Assembly: GCA_016937995.1 (NCBI GenBank)
Contig: JAFGVM010000066.1
Location: 1-61,780, forward strand
Direction: 5' to 3'
DNA length: 61,780 nucleotides
Source of the DNA: Candidatus Delongbacteria bacterium
Lineage (GTDB): Bacteria; UBA4055
Under the pieces are notes generated by a model. The model made no database searches and was not told the DNA's origin. It saw only the letters and a program-made list of their open reading frames with translations. Of this stretch, positions 9,250-20,500 are shown one piece after another. The position numbers and the translations under genes were made by a program. The stretch's first letter is position 1. Every line of letters begins with the position of its first letter.

Positions 9250-12200
9250 CTATCTAATTCTAGTTTCTGAATTAATCTCTTTTACTTTTTTCGTAGGTTC
9301 TGAATCAGTAGCTACTATTCTATAGAACTTTCTTGCATTTACAATTGATTCTGTCCATGAAGTATCTGAAATATTACTTTCTTCGATAGTCCATGTGATC
9401 AGATCATCTGATGAATATACAATATAAGTTAAATACTGATCTTTCATTATCCTGTCCCATGTTATCGTAATATTTCCACCTGACGCAACAAGAGTAACAT
9501 TTGCAGGAGTAGCAAGCTCAGTTGTATTATACTTGCTTACAGTAATATCGTCAAGAATGATAAACATGTTTGACTCCTGTTCATGTATCCAGGCCAGATA
9601 TACTGTCTGACCCGCATAATCAGAAAGATCGAGTTCTGTTTCATACCATGTATCGAAGATCTTTGAAGATGGAGTGAATTCATAAAGCAATTCAGTAAAA
9701 TCTTCCGGTGAGTTTGTTGCTGTAGAAACCATGATCTTGTAGTGCTCTGAAGGTGTATATGCATATGTTGTATAGTACCTGAGTGAAGCTACATTAGTAT
9801 TACCTGTCAGGTCAACCGCAGGAGATATTAACCAGTTCTCAGTTGCTCCTTCCATCGATACTGAACCTGCACAGTTCAATCCTGAATGAGCAACAATTCC
9901 GGATCCGGCATCCGCTTCAACGAGGTGGAACCAGTTCATCTGCTCAGGAGAGGATGTATTAATCCCATCCCCATCATACAGAGTCCAACCATCAGGTGGC
10001 CATGAAGAACCTTCAAAACCTTCATTCAGAGCATAAGTTATTCCTCCTGAAACAGTGACATTCATGGCAGATGAATAACCGGAGTTCCCACCGGTATAAG
10101 TTGCTTTTATCTTATATTCATGAGTTCCATCAACTACTCCATAGTCATAGAAATAATCTTTGTCAGGATCAGTAATTGTATATAAGAGAATGTTGTTCTT
10201 GTATATAAGATAACCTGTCAATGCATCTTTGGGATCTGATCTTACAGGATCTTCTCTTCTTTCTTTGTTCTGTTTTGAAACAGGTTTCAGGATCTCACTT
10301 TTTGCTACGGGAGTATCCCACGAAATAAATACAGTTGATCCGCTGGTTTCATATGTCAGATTGACTGGAGGTTTGTACATAGTTACCGAAATAGTATCAG
10401 ATGCCACTGATTCTGCTGTCGGATATTCATAAACGGAAGTTACGTAATAGTCATATGATGTCATGTTTGTCATAGAAGTAGTATCGGTATATGACATAGC
10501 TTCGCACGAATCAATTAATGTACCGTTCTTGTAAATATTAAATTGTACAAGCGCCTTAGATGAAGATTCAAGTATCCAGCTTAATTCTATTGCTTCACCG
10601 GATAATCCACCTACAAGATATGATGGGCTCGAAAATTCTGTTAAAGCTGTGAAAGTAATATAATTTGAAGGTCCTGACTCTCCATCCGGAGTTGAATACA
10701 TCGCAGTTATATGATAGGTATATTCAACATTGTTTTCCACATCTGTGTCAGAGTAATTTGTTGATGAAGTACTGTCGATCTTTGTTCCATCCCTGTACAC
10801 ATAATATTGAGTAAGAATTTTATTGGATTTATAAGGAGAATTCCAGCTAAGATTTATTACTCCGAGATCTCCTGTTGCAGCTAAATTGTATGGTGTACTA
10901 AAGCTTAATCCGTACTCTAAAGCTCCAATATCAGGAGCATGGTATGATGGATAACCTAATATTACCAATGCCTGACCTATACATGGGGATGATTCATTGA
11001 GATGAAGATCCCCTATAGCCGGATTGACGAATAAAGGATCATCATTGATATTCCCTGAATTTCCACCGGTATTATAATCTGTCGTACCGCTGATATCATT
11101 ATTCTTAAGGATCAACTTGGAGTCAGGATCAATTATTTGAGTGATCTGGTCATCATCATTCCATATAATATTATTCAGTACCTCGATCGTTGAGGTCTGA
11201 TTGATAGCTTTTATACCTTCACCCATATCATAAATACTGTTATGGTACAGGGAATCTACAGCAGTGTTGTCAAATAATATTCCGACCGTAGTTCCTTTAT
11301 CTTTAACTGCAGAAGAGAATGTTAATCTGTTATTAGTGATCTTTTTACCGGAGCCATTTGCTTTTAATCCAGAACCCTGAATAACTATACCTGTATCAGC
11401 ATTAGTTATCTCATTATTGATCAGTGCTACCTTATCATCTCCGAATATCTTTATTGCGGTTCGAGCATTACCCTTTGAAGCAGAAGAGAATGTTAGTCTG
11501 TTGTTGGTGATCTTTTTACCAGAAGAAGCTGCTTTGCCGGCTGTTCCGTTGATTATGATCGAAACATTATAGAATGTTGAACTGTCAATTGCAACAGAAT
11601 CGTAACCCGTAATTGAGATCATATCATCAATTATTACACTATCTGCCTGATAGATCCAGTGTTTCATATGTGCAGATGCTTTTCCCTTTGAAGTATTATT
11701 TAGAACAAACCCACCTTTTGCATTTTCGATAATGATCTTGTCTTTCTCAGTTCCATTTGCAACCAGAGAATCAGTAATTTCCACCCGATAATCATCTTTG
11801 AAATTAATATGAACACCCGGTACAATTTTAAGAGAATCCATTCCAGAAGCAGTAACATCTCCTGCGATCTCAATGATATCAGCCACCCACCTGACCGAAT
11901 CTGTTAAAGAACCGGAATATTGAACCATTGCCAGACCGTTATGCTCATAAGGTCCGATATCGATTATGTCCACATATCCGTTAAATATCCTGGTCCTTCC
12001 GGCAAGGTCCACTGGCGGAAGATTCAAAGATGTAGAATCCGGGCTTCCGGCATTGATACATGGTGAATTACCCTTATATGAGTATGGGTAAGGTCCCGTA
12101 CCCAGATATTTAGGGTCAGCACTAATATTATTTAAATATTTATAATCAGGTAACAATGGACCCTCTTCACCGAATGCTTCCTTTCCCCCTTCAATATTAC

Positions 12201-15200
12201 AGTAATTGAATTCCGGCTGGCAATCCAGTCCATTAATATTTACCTGAGAACCTTCAGGTGCTGTATTTCCGTATATAAGAGTGTTTCGTATTATAGGTGA
12301 TGGAAAGTCGATGTATCCTCTCATATGGATACCACCTCCACCATATCCAGCTGAATTATTTACAATGGAGTTATTTGTTATTACCGGATAAGAGTCACCA
12401 TAAATATACAATGCACCACCCCATCCGTTTTCCTGGTTGTTTGCAATTAGATTATTGATGATTTGAGGTGATGAATCATTTATATCGACAGGTGTACCGG
12501 TATTATTAAATATCTTACAGTTAATTACGACCGGATCGGAGTATTCATATAATCTTAAAGCTGAACCTGAGAACATGGTGGATTCGTTGTTGTAGAATTC
12601 ACAATTCTCTATCAGAGGAGAAGAGCTTTTAAGCACAATTCCACCACCTGATTCACTAATATTATTCCTGAAAGTAGAATGATGCACATGAACATTGGAA
12701 TAATATCTCATTTTCAGTGGGCCGTCTGTGATCTGGTCATTGCTTGTGTCTTCAAGTATACAGTAACCCAGCTCTGAAGCACCGTTGGTTTCTAGTGTTT
12801 CATCAAAAATTATCTGGCACCATTTCCCGTTTTCATCATACGGTCTGAATGTGATCGAATCATTCTCTGCACCCTGAGCCAGAAGCTGACCTTCAACAAA
12901 ACATGAATAGTATCCTGTAAAGATCACTTCGACCCCTGCTTCTATTGTCAGAGTAGAATCATTTGGTATAGTAATATTTCCATTTATATAGTAAGGTGAC
13001 TGAGATTTGTACCAGGTACCGTAAACATTTCCTGAAATAGAATTAGGGAATACTTTATATTCAGCTTCGGTTATAAAACTTGGTTCAATTCCGGTATAAT
13101 ATCCTTTAGCTTTTAATGTTGTTGTAGTTGTCAGATAAATTGGAGTGGTATACAAATTCGAAGATTCATCAGGATCAGTACCGTCTGTAGTGTAGTATAT
13201 GGTTGCTCCAGGTGTCGGAGAAGTTATTGTAACTGTAACATCCGGATCATGTATACCTGCAAAAGGGGTGAACTGAGGAAGTAGTACAATTTCAGGATCA
13301 GGAGTTAACGGCATTTCGATAGCCCCGATGTCAATTGTAGATTTAAAACGATTATTCCCGAGAATATCCAGTGCTCCCAGATTTAGACTGTCGGCAACTA
13401 CGGTACCATAATTCACACAAGGAGAGTATCTACGTAATCTGAGATCAAAAGTGGTAGAATCTAAAAACTCAGGATGTTCATCAATGCAGTATTTATACAG
13501 TCCTGAAAAATTTCCTTCTTCACCGATAACAAATGCATCTTTTCCTCCCTGTATGTCGCAATGTGTGAAACCGGGATACTGCTTTGTATCTAACAGGTAT
13601 ATCTGACCTTCCTGTGCGGTTGAAGTATTATAGTAAATAATGTTATTGACTATGTGCGGATCGTTCTCCTCTTCGATATAAATTCCTCCACCTTTTGCAG
13701 ATTTATTGAAAACTATTGTATTATTATATATCCTAGTACCATAATTCCCGAACATTTCTGAAATAAAAATACCTCCACCATATTTTGCTTCATTACTATG
13801 AATAACGTTATTTGTTATAAGATTTGTTCCTCTTGAACTGACCGGTGCTTCTGCGCCGGTGGAGGAGTTGTTGTATATCTGGCAGTAAGAAAGCTCCGAA
13901 TTACTATATCCCAGATCAATTATACCTGCGACACCGTTTGCTGTACAGGTATTATGATGTATCTTAGAATACTTGATGGTTAAACTGTCCTGTCCGTAAG
14001 TATCTAATATATATCCGCCATAAGAATTATTGTAAATATCACAATAAAGCATTTTGTTCTTTGACTGGAAATCCGATACTTTTTCATTGCCGCTTATGCG
14101 TGAATTTTTTACTTCTACGTATTTATTTTTTGCATAGAACAGTGTTCCCTGAGAATCATTGAAAATACAGTAATCATAAACTGATGCGAAGTTTTCATCA
14201 AAAAATGAAATGTCTTCTTCATCAAAACCTTTCCATCCAATAGAAGGATTCTCTGCATGGAAATGGATCGAATCATTTTCTGCTCCTTCTGCAAGGATCC
14301 TTCCTACTACTTCAACTCCGTAATCACCGAGGAAAATTACTTCAGTACCAGGGTTAATAGTAAGAGTAGAATCTCTCGGAACGAACAGATCACCGTCAAC
14401 ATATATAACACCCGACCATTCACCCGATACAGTATCAGACATCAGATTCGGGTAGATCTTATATTCTGCCGAACTGACAAAGCTAGTATCAATCCCTGAA
14501 TAATATGATATTGCCCTGATAGTTGTATCTGTATTTATTGATAATGCTCCGGAATATATAGTCGCTGGATAAGTTCCGTCAGTTGAATAGTATATTGATG
14601 ATCCTGTCGGCTCAGCTGTAAGGTTCACTGTCTGACTTCCGACGTAGTTTCCCGGTAATAACGAGAATTCAGGCATAGTCGATCTCATTGGTGAAGGATT
14701 CCCCTGATATTCAACAGCTCCTATATCGATCCTGTCAAGAAAATCAGCAGCACTGTCATACTGTCTTACAGATCCGTAAATATCGACTGAAGAAAGATCA
14801 AATGCAGATACATCTTTCATACCTCCGTTGATACAAGGTGAGCTTTGAGAAAGAGTAAAGAATGTACTATTCTGGAAAGCAGGATCTTCATTTATACAGT
14901 ACAGATAAAGTCCACTGAAATATTCTCCGCCTCCTTCACCACCAAATTCAGAAGGACCGGTATCGGTCAGACAGTTGTAAAATTGAGGACCTTTCCCTCC
15001 AATTATTATCTGATTACCACCTGTTTCATCATTTCCGGATATTATAGTATTGATTATTTTAGTATCGCCCAGGTTAAGGCACTCTAATCCTGTACCACCT
15101 TCATAATCTGATCCGGTATCATTATCTGTGATAGTACAATTGATCATTATTGGGAATGCATCAGGGTTGTTGTAATATCCTGATATCTTTACACCGAATT

Positions 15201-17328
15201 TATTTCTGGTCACAAGATTGTTGATTATCTGAAGACTTGAGTTGTATGAATGTATTCCAACGCTGTTAGCATTGTCCCTTACGATATTATTTCTGAAAAC
15301 AGGTTTGGTGGTCACATCATCTCCGTCTCTCCAGTGATATAGCACCCAGTAATAATCATTATCATGCAGAACACAGCCTTCAACGGTCGGAGATGCTTCT
15401 TCAGCATATACTACTTTAGTCATTCCCATCATAGTTTCACCGTTATCGGTACAATTGAATATCTCACTGTTAAATAATCTCACCTTTGAAAAATATTCGA
15501 TCTGAATACCTAGGGATGATGCAATGTCCTTAATCGCACAATACCCGATCCTTGTTGAATCGTTATCATCCATATCAACTCTCCAGTCGTTTACAAGATG
15601 GATACCACCCCAACCCGTAACGTCATCTACTGCACTGAATCTTATACTGTCTGTTGCATTACCTATGGCATTCATTGAACCCTGGATCTTAATATCGTAT
15701 GTATTTCTGAAAATAAATTCAACACCGGGATCTACTGTGAATACAGAATCATCAGGTACCATTATATCACCGTCAACATAGTATGGAGATCCTGAAGTAC
15801 CCCAAGTTCCTGTTGCATATCCACAGACTCCCTTTTCACTGTATAAAGCGAAACAAATATCATTTCCCGCATTTGTAAAAGAAGTACTTCCTGAATTATA
15901 TCCATCCAGAGGATTTCTCCAATACGCGTTAGTTGAGTTAGAGCTGGTCGATCTGGTACGAAAGTAAACATTACCCACATCATATTCAGTTGTGTCAGTC
16001 AATGCCTGAAATCCGATCCAGTAAGTACCAGCACTCAATGATATTGGTTTTTCAAAATCAAGTGCAATTATTTCTTCATAACCCGGGCTTGAGAAAGTTG
16101 TTATAGTACTGTCAATGGCAACTTCTCCGGGTTTTGATCCGGAATCATTATAAAATTTTAGTAAGTAAGAATGTTCTGCTGAAACTGTATTTTGAAACCA
16201 GCCTTTAACTTTAAATCTTTTTAAAGTGGTCTGAACCGGAAGTATAAAATCAGCTGCAAGTTCGGAATTATACGGGTCTATCACAGGATCAGTACCGGTA
16301 CTGGATACTTCCCAGTCGTAAAAGAAATAATAGTTTGAAAGGGTATTTATTGCACCCGTAATAACAACAGTTTCAGAAGGATACGGATAAGAAGCCCCTG
16401 CAGTTCGCCATAATCCTCCGCAGGCCGTACCAAAAGCATCGAGTTTATATCCTGCTCCGGGAACAAGGTCAAAACCCAGATCAAGTTTTGTTTTTACACC
16501 CGGAGTAGAAACTGCTATAGTTCTTGATTCAAGAACAGCATCTGAAGAATTTAGAAGCCTGACAGTTACATTTCCTGCAGCATTAGGATAAACATTAACA
16601 CTGCTTAATGTAGAATTTGAAAGAACATCAAATACAAGACCGTCAGTATAATTTGTATAATTTCCTCCACCTCCGATATTATTGTCAAAAGGTCCCACAG
16701 ATTCTGTCAGAATGTCAACATCTGCAACTTTCCAGTCGTAAAAATAATAATAGTAAGCATTTGCTACGCTTGACCCGGTAATATTTACATTATCTGAAGT
16801 ATACGGGTAAGGAGTTGTTGATGCATTTCTTGCAAAAGCGGGAGTACTTCCTTTTGCGTCTATCTTATAGTTTGTGCCGGCAGGTATGAATATATCCAGT
16901 TGCAGAGGGGTCTTGTTATTAATATCATCTGAACTAACTGATGTTATAACCGAATCAATTACTGTACCGGATGAATTAAGAACTCTGATAATAACAGTGC
17001 CTGCAGAAGTAGGATAAACCGAAACACTTCTAAGTACTGTAGGTACCAGAACGTCGAATTTTAATCCGTAGGTTCTATCAGAATAAGAAGAAAGAGGGGT
17101 TGGACCGTAATCTTTCTTTCCGACATGTGTTTCAAATACCTGTGCACTCATACTCAGATCCTGGTTCTGATCCAGTTGGTCCCAGACAATTGCACCGAGA
17201 CTTTTAGATTCGAGAACTCTGGAATAAGTTGTATCTTCTGGTAATATCTGCTTACTTGATATGTAACTTTCTTTTGCGAACATGACAAATACAGTCACGA
17301 GCAACAATAACAGGATAGGTTTCTTCAT
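9250..17328 (-). CDS. 2692-aa secreted multidomain surface protein (parallel beta-helix repeats, CHB_HEX_C/Fn3-like modules, cleaved-adhesin-like domain)
   Basis: Signal peptide; GGGI/N-rich beta-helix repeats; SPCING...IDIGAxE modules; IYYTTDGTDP; Fn3 motifs LSW...YNVY; ENWLISP...IDDI. Confidence 0.8.
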   Translation of the reverse strand: MKKPILLLLLVTVFVMFAKESYISSKQILPEDTTYSRVLESKSLGAIVWDQLDQNQDLSMSAQVFETHVGKKDYGPTPLSSYSDRTYGLKFDVLVPTVLRSVSVYPTSAGTVIIRVLNSSGTVIDSVITSVSSDDINNKTPLQLDIFIPAGTNYKIDAKGSTPAFARNASTTPYPYTSDNVNITGSSVANAYYYYFYDWKVADVDILTESVGPFDNNIGGGGNYTNYTDGLVFDVLSNSTLSSVNVYPNAAGNVTVRLLNSSDAVLESRTIAVSTPGVKTKLDLGFDLVPGAGYKLDAFGTACGGLWRTAGASYPYPSETVVITGAINTLSNYYFFYDWEVSSTGTDPVIDPYNSELAADFILPVQTTLKRFKVKGWFQNTVSAEHSYLLKFYNDSGSKPGEVAIDSTITTFSSPGYEEIIALDFEKPISLSAGTYWIGFQALTDTTEYDVGNVYFRTRSTSSNSTNAYWRNPLDGYNSGSTSFTNAGNDICFALYSEKGVCGYATGTWGTSGSPYYVDGDIMVPDDSVFTVDPGVEFIFRNTYDIKIQGSMNAIGNATDSIRFSAVDDVTGWGGIHLVNDWRVDMDDNDSTRIGYCAIKDIASSLGIQIEYFSKVRLFNSEIFNCTDNGETMMGMTKVVYAEEASPTVEGCVLHDNDYYWVLYHWRDGDDVTTKPVFRNNIVRDNANSVGIHSYNSSLQIINNLVTRNKFGVKISGYYNNPDAFPIMINCTITDNDTGSDYEGGTGLECLNLGDTKIINTIISGNDETGGNQIIIGGKGPQFYNCLTDTGPSEFGGEGGGEYFSGLYLYCINEDPAFQNSTFFTLSQSSPCINGGMKDVSAFDLSSVDIYGSVRQYDSAADFLDRIDIGAVEYQGNPSPMRSTMPEFSLLPGNYVGSQTVNLTAEPTGSSIYYSTDGTYPATIYSGALSINTDTTIRAISYYSGIDTSFVSSAEYKIYPNLMSDTVSGEWSGVIYVDGDLFVPRDSTLTINPGTEVIFLGDYGVEVVGRILAEGAENDSIHFHAENPSIGWKGFDEEDISFFDENFASVYDYCIFNDSQGTLFYAKNKYVEVKNSRISGNEKVSDFQSKNKMLYCDIYNNSYGGYILDTYGQDSLTIKYSKIHHNTCTANGVAGIIDLGYSNSELSYCQIYNNSSTGAEAPVSSRGTNLITNNVIHSNEAKYGGGIFISEMFGNYGTRIYNNTIVFNKSAKGGGIYIEEENDPHIVNNIIYYNTSTAQEGQIYLLDTKQYPGFTHCDIQGGKDAFVIGEEGNFSGLYKYCIDEHPEFLDSTTFDLRLRRYSPCVNYGTVVADSLNLGALDILGNNRFKSTIDIGAIEMPLTPDPEIVLLPQFTPFAGIHDPDVTVTITSPTPGATIYYTTDGTDPDESSNLYTTPIYLTTTTTLKAKGYYTGIEPSFITEAEYKVFPNSISGNVYGTWYKSQSPYYINGNITIPNDSTLTIEAGVEVIFTGYYSCFVEGQLLAQGAENDSITFRPYDENGKWCQIIFDETLETNGASELGYCILEDTSNDQITDGPLKMRYYSNVHVHHSTFRNNISESGGGIVLKSSSPLIENCEFYNNESTMFSGSALRLYEYSDPVVINCKIFNNTGTPVDINDSSPQIINNLIANNQENGWGGALYIYGDSYPVITNNSIVNNSAGYGGGGIHMRGYIDFPSPIIRNTLIYGNTAPEGSQVNINGLDCQPEFNYCNIEGGKEAFGEEGPLLPDYKYLNNISADPKYLGTGPYPYSYKGNSPCINAGSPDSTSLNLPPVDLAGRTRIFNGYVDIIDIGPYEHNGLAMVQYSGSLTDSVRWVADIIEIAGDVTASGMDSLKIVPGVHINFKDDYRVEITDSLVANGTEKDKIIIENAKGGFVLNNTSKGKASAHMKHWIYQADSVIIDDMISITGYDSVAIDSSTFYNVSIIINGTAGKAASSGKKITNNRLTFSSASKGNARTAIKIFGDDKVALINNEITNADTGIVIQGSGLKANGSGKKITNNRLTFSSAVKDKGTTVGILFDNTAVDSLYHNSIYDMGEGIKAINQTSTIEVLNNIIWNDDDQITQIIDPDSKLILKNNDISGTTDYNTGGNSGNINDDPLFVNPAIGDLHLNESSPCIGQALVILGYPSYHAPDIGALEYGLSFSTPYNLAATGDLGVINLSWNSPYKSNKILTQYYVYRDGTKIDSTSSTNYSDTDVENNVEYTYHITAMYSTPDGESGPSNYITFTALTEFSSPSYLVGGLSGEAIELSWILESSSKALVQFNIYKNGTLIDSCEAMSYTDTTSMTNMTSYDYYVTSVYEYPTAESVASDTISVTMYKPPVNLTYETSGSTVFISWDTPVAKSEILKPVSKQNKERREDPVRSDPKDALTGYLIYKNNILLYTITDPDKDYFYDYGVVDGTHEYKIKATYTGGNSGYSSAMNVTVSGGITYALNEGFEGSSWPPDGWTLYDGDGINTSSPEQMNWFHLVEADAGSGIVAHSGLNCAGSVSMEGATENWLISPAVDLTGNTNVASLRYYTTYAYTPSEHYKIMVSTATNSPEDFTELLYEFTPSSKIFDTWYETELDLSDYAGQTVYLAWIHEQESNMFIILDDITVSKYNTTELATPANVTLVASGGNITITWDRIMKDQYLTYIVYSSDDLITWTIEESNISDTSWTESIVNARKFYRIVATDSEPTKKVKEINSETRIR

Positions 17329-17450
17329 GATGACCCTTCTTATAGTAGATTATAATATTTTGCAAGTACATGTGTAATAATATTATACACAATATTTCAA
17401 TTTAAGCAATATTAAAATAAAAAGAAGTGATGTGTGTCACAGAAATAAGA

Positions 17451-17475
17451 AAGGGTCGATTATTTAAGACCCTAC
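17451..17475 (-). repeat. GTAG-type REP-like palindrome
   Basis: Minus strand GTAGGGTC-N10-GACCCT. Confidence 0.5.
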
Positions 17476-17496
17476 TATGTTTTTTTTACATTAATT

Positions 17497-17520
17497 GGGC
17501 GTTATTAATAACGCCCCTAT
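17497..17520 (-). repeat. REP-like perfect palindrome, possibly the terminator of the cluster
   Basis: GGGCGTTATTAATAACGCCC, preceded by ATAG on the minus strand, just after the stop of 17523..21983. Confidence 0.5.
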
Positions 17521-17522
17521 AG

Positions 17523-20500
17523 TTACCATACCTCCAATGCCTCTGTCAACATGGCAAGCTGCTGTTCTTCTTTGAATCCGAGCTGCTGCATTGCACCTGA
17601 TGGACAAACTGCTGCACAACTTCCACAACCCTTACAAAGAGCAGAATTTATATGGGCAAATTCCTTACCGTTCCTCCAGAATAATTCAGGAGCACCGTAT
17701 GGACAAACAGAAACACACATTCCGCAACCGACACAGACATCAAGATCGACCTTAGCAATGTTAGCTTCTGCAATATATTCATCTGAACTGATGATCATAG
17801 TAGCTCTTTCCGCCGCAGCTTTGGCTTGAGAAATAGTTTCTTCCATTCCCTTTGGAGAATGTGCAAGACCTGCAAGGAAAACTCCTTCAGCAGAGAAATC
17901 AACCGGACGAAGTTTAACATGAGCTTCCATGAAGAAATTATCTTCATTCAGAGGTATCTTTAACATTTGTGAAAGTTCAACTGCATCCTCCTGTGGAACC
18001 ATAGCGGAAGAAAGTATCACTCTATCAGGATACATAATAGTATCCTTACACATGATATGATCTTTATATGTTGCCCTCAGACCTTTACTCTTAAGCATTT
18101 CCTGTTTTGCATCAATGTCTATTACAGGTTTGGTGTCAATATCGTACCTAACAAAAACAACTCCAAGATCTCTGGCTTCTCTGTAGTATTTCTCACTGAA
18201 TCCGTAAGTCCTGATATCTCTGTATAGGATATGTATATTCATTTTAGGGTTCAATTCCTTTAATCGGATGGCATTTTTTATTGATTGAGTACAGCAAACC
18301 CTTGAACAATATGGCCTGTTCTCATCTCTTGAACCAACACACTGGACAAGAACAATATTTTTCATTTTCTTATATTCATTGATATTTTTCTCAAAATCCT
18401 GCTCAAATTCAAGCTGGGTAATTACATTTTCATTTTTGCCGTATAGATATTCTTCAGGTTTGGATTCATTTGCTCCGGTGGCAATTATAATTACGCCGTG
18501 GTCATATTTAATATCCTCATCCTCCCTGTTGAGATGTACAGTCGTTGTAAAGTTACCTACATATCCCGAAATATCTTTGATCTTTGCTTCTGTGTAGATA
18601 GTGATCAATTTATTATCTGCAACTTCATCTCTGAGTTCTGTCAGATAATCACCAACCTTTTTACCTTCAACATTCTCATCAAGTCTGTTAAGATTACCTC
18701 CGGTTCTGTCACTTTTTTCAATTATAGCAACTTCATAACCCTGATTTGCGATTGAAAGTGCGGAAGTTAAACCGGAAAGTCCTCCTCCAACGACAAGAGC
18801 TTTCTGTGTTACTCCAAGTGCTACAGAATGTAGAGGTTCAAGAAGTCTTCCTTTACTGACAGCAATTTTAGTAAGTCTTTTAGCTTTTTCAGTAGCAGCC
18901 GGATGATCATCTTTATGTACCCAGCTGCACTGGTTACGGATATTAGCCATGTCAAACAAGAACTTATTAAGACCAGCTTCTCTCATAGTTTCCTGGAAAA
19001 GTTCTTCATGGGTACTTGGAGAACAGGATGAAACAATTACCCTGTTAAGCTTATATTCTTTTATTATCTCTTTCATTTGTTCCTGAGTATCCTGTGAGCA
19101 GGTAAAAAGGTTATCGGATGCATATACTACATTAGGTAATGTTTTTGCAAATTCAACTACACTTTTTACATCAACAACACTACTGATATTTATACCGCAA
19201 TGACAAACGAATACACCAATTCTAGGTTTTTTACCGATCACATCTATTTCTTCAGGATATACTTTTTCGGTTATCTCTGTTCCTCTCACTTCAGCAAGTA
19301 TCTCAGCAGCATTTGCCACAGCTCCGGAAGCCTGCATTACTGTTTCAGGAATATCTTTTGGAGATACTGCAGGACCGCAGACAAAGATACCTGGTCTTGT
19401 AGTCTGGATAGGGGAGATACCGAAATTATCAATAAAATTATATTCATTTAATCTTACACCAAGTCTGTCCGACAATTCAATAGAAGTATTCTGTGGGTGA
19501 AGACCAATAGATAGAACTACCAGATCGAATTCCTCAATTCTGTTCTTACCGTCATCCTCTACATAATAAAGTTCAAGATTACCACTTTCTTCTATCTCTT
19601 TGATCTTTCCCACACGACCTCTAACAAATCTTACATTTGCATCTTTCGCTTTATCGTAATATTTATCAAAATCCTTACCGTATGCTCTAATATCCATGTA
19701 GAAGATAGTTGGTTCAACTGAGCTTACATGTTCTTTAGCTATAATAGCTTCTTTCATTGTGTACATACAGCAGACAGATGAACAATACGGCATGTCAGAG
19801 TCCTCTGTTCTTGACCCGACACACTGGATCCAAGCAATTTTTTTAGGTACTTTTCCGTCAGCAGGTCTTTGGAGATGACCTTCGTAAGGTCCGGAAGCAG
19901 CAAGAATTCTCTCGAACTGAATACTTGTTACAACATTTTTAAATCTGCCATAGCCATATTCATGCATTGCAGTCGGGTCATATTTCTCAGCTCCGGTTGC
20001 TACAATGATCGATCCAACATTAATTTCTTCTTCATGATCGATCATATCATGAACGATCGCTTCGGCTTCACATACAGTTACACATTCCATACATCCAGAA
20101 CAAATACCGCACTCAAGACATCTTTTAGCTTCTTCTCTTACTTCTTCTTCAGAGTAACCGAGTTCGTGTTCATCGAAATTCTTTATTCTTTCTTCAGCTT
20201 CCTGGAATCTCATCGGTTTTCTTTCCTGACGCATAACGAACTGCTGAGGTTCTTTTGCAGGGATCAGGTCCTTTTTTGCAACTCTTCCTTTTTCCATATC
20301 CTGACCTGTCAGGTATCTTTCTATAGAAATAGCAGCCTCATAAGCCTGACCTACAGCTTCAACAACTGAAGCCGGTCCCTGAACAACATCACCGCCTGCA
20401 AAAACATCAGGAATATTAGTTCCGAATGTCAATTCATTTGCAACAATAGTATTCCATGGTGTGGTTTTAACTTTACTGTCTTCTAATATTTTAAGGTCTG

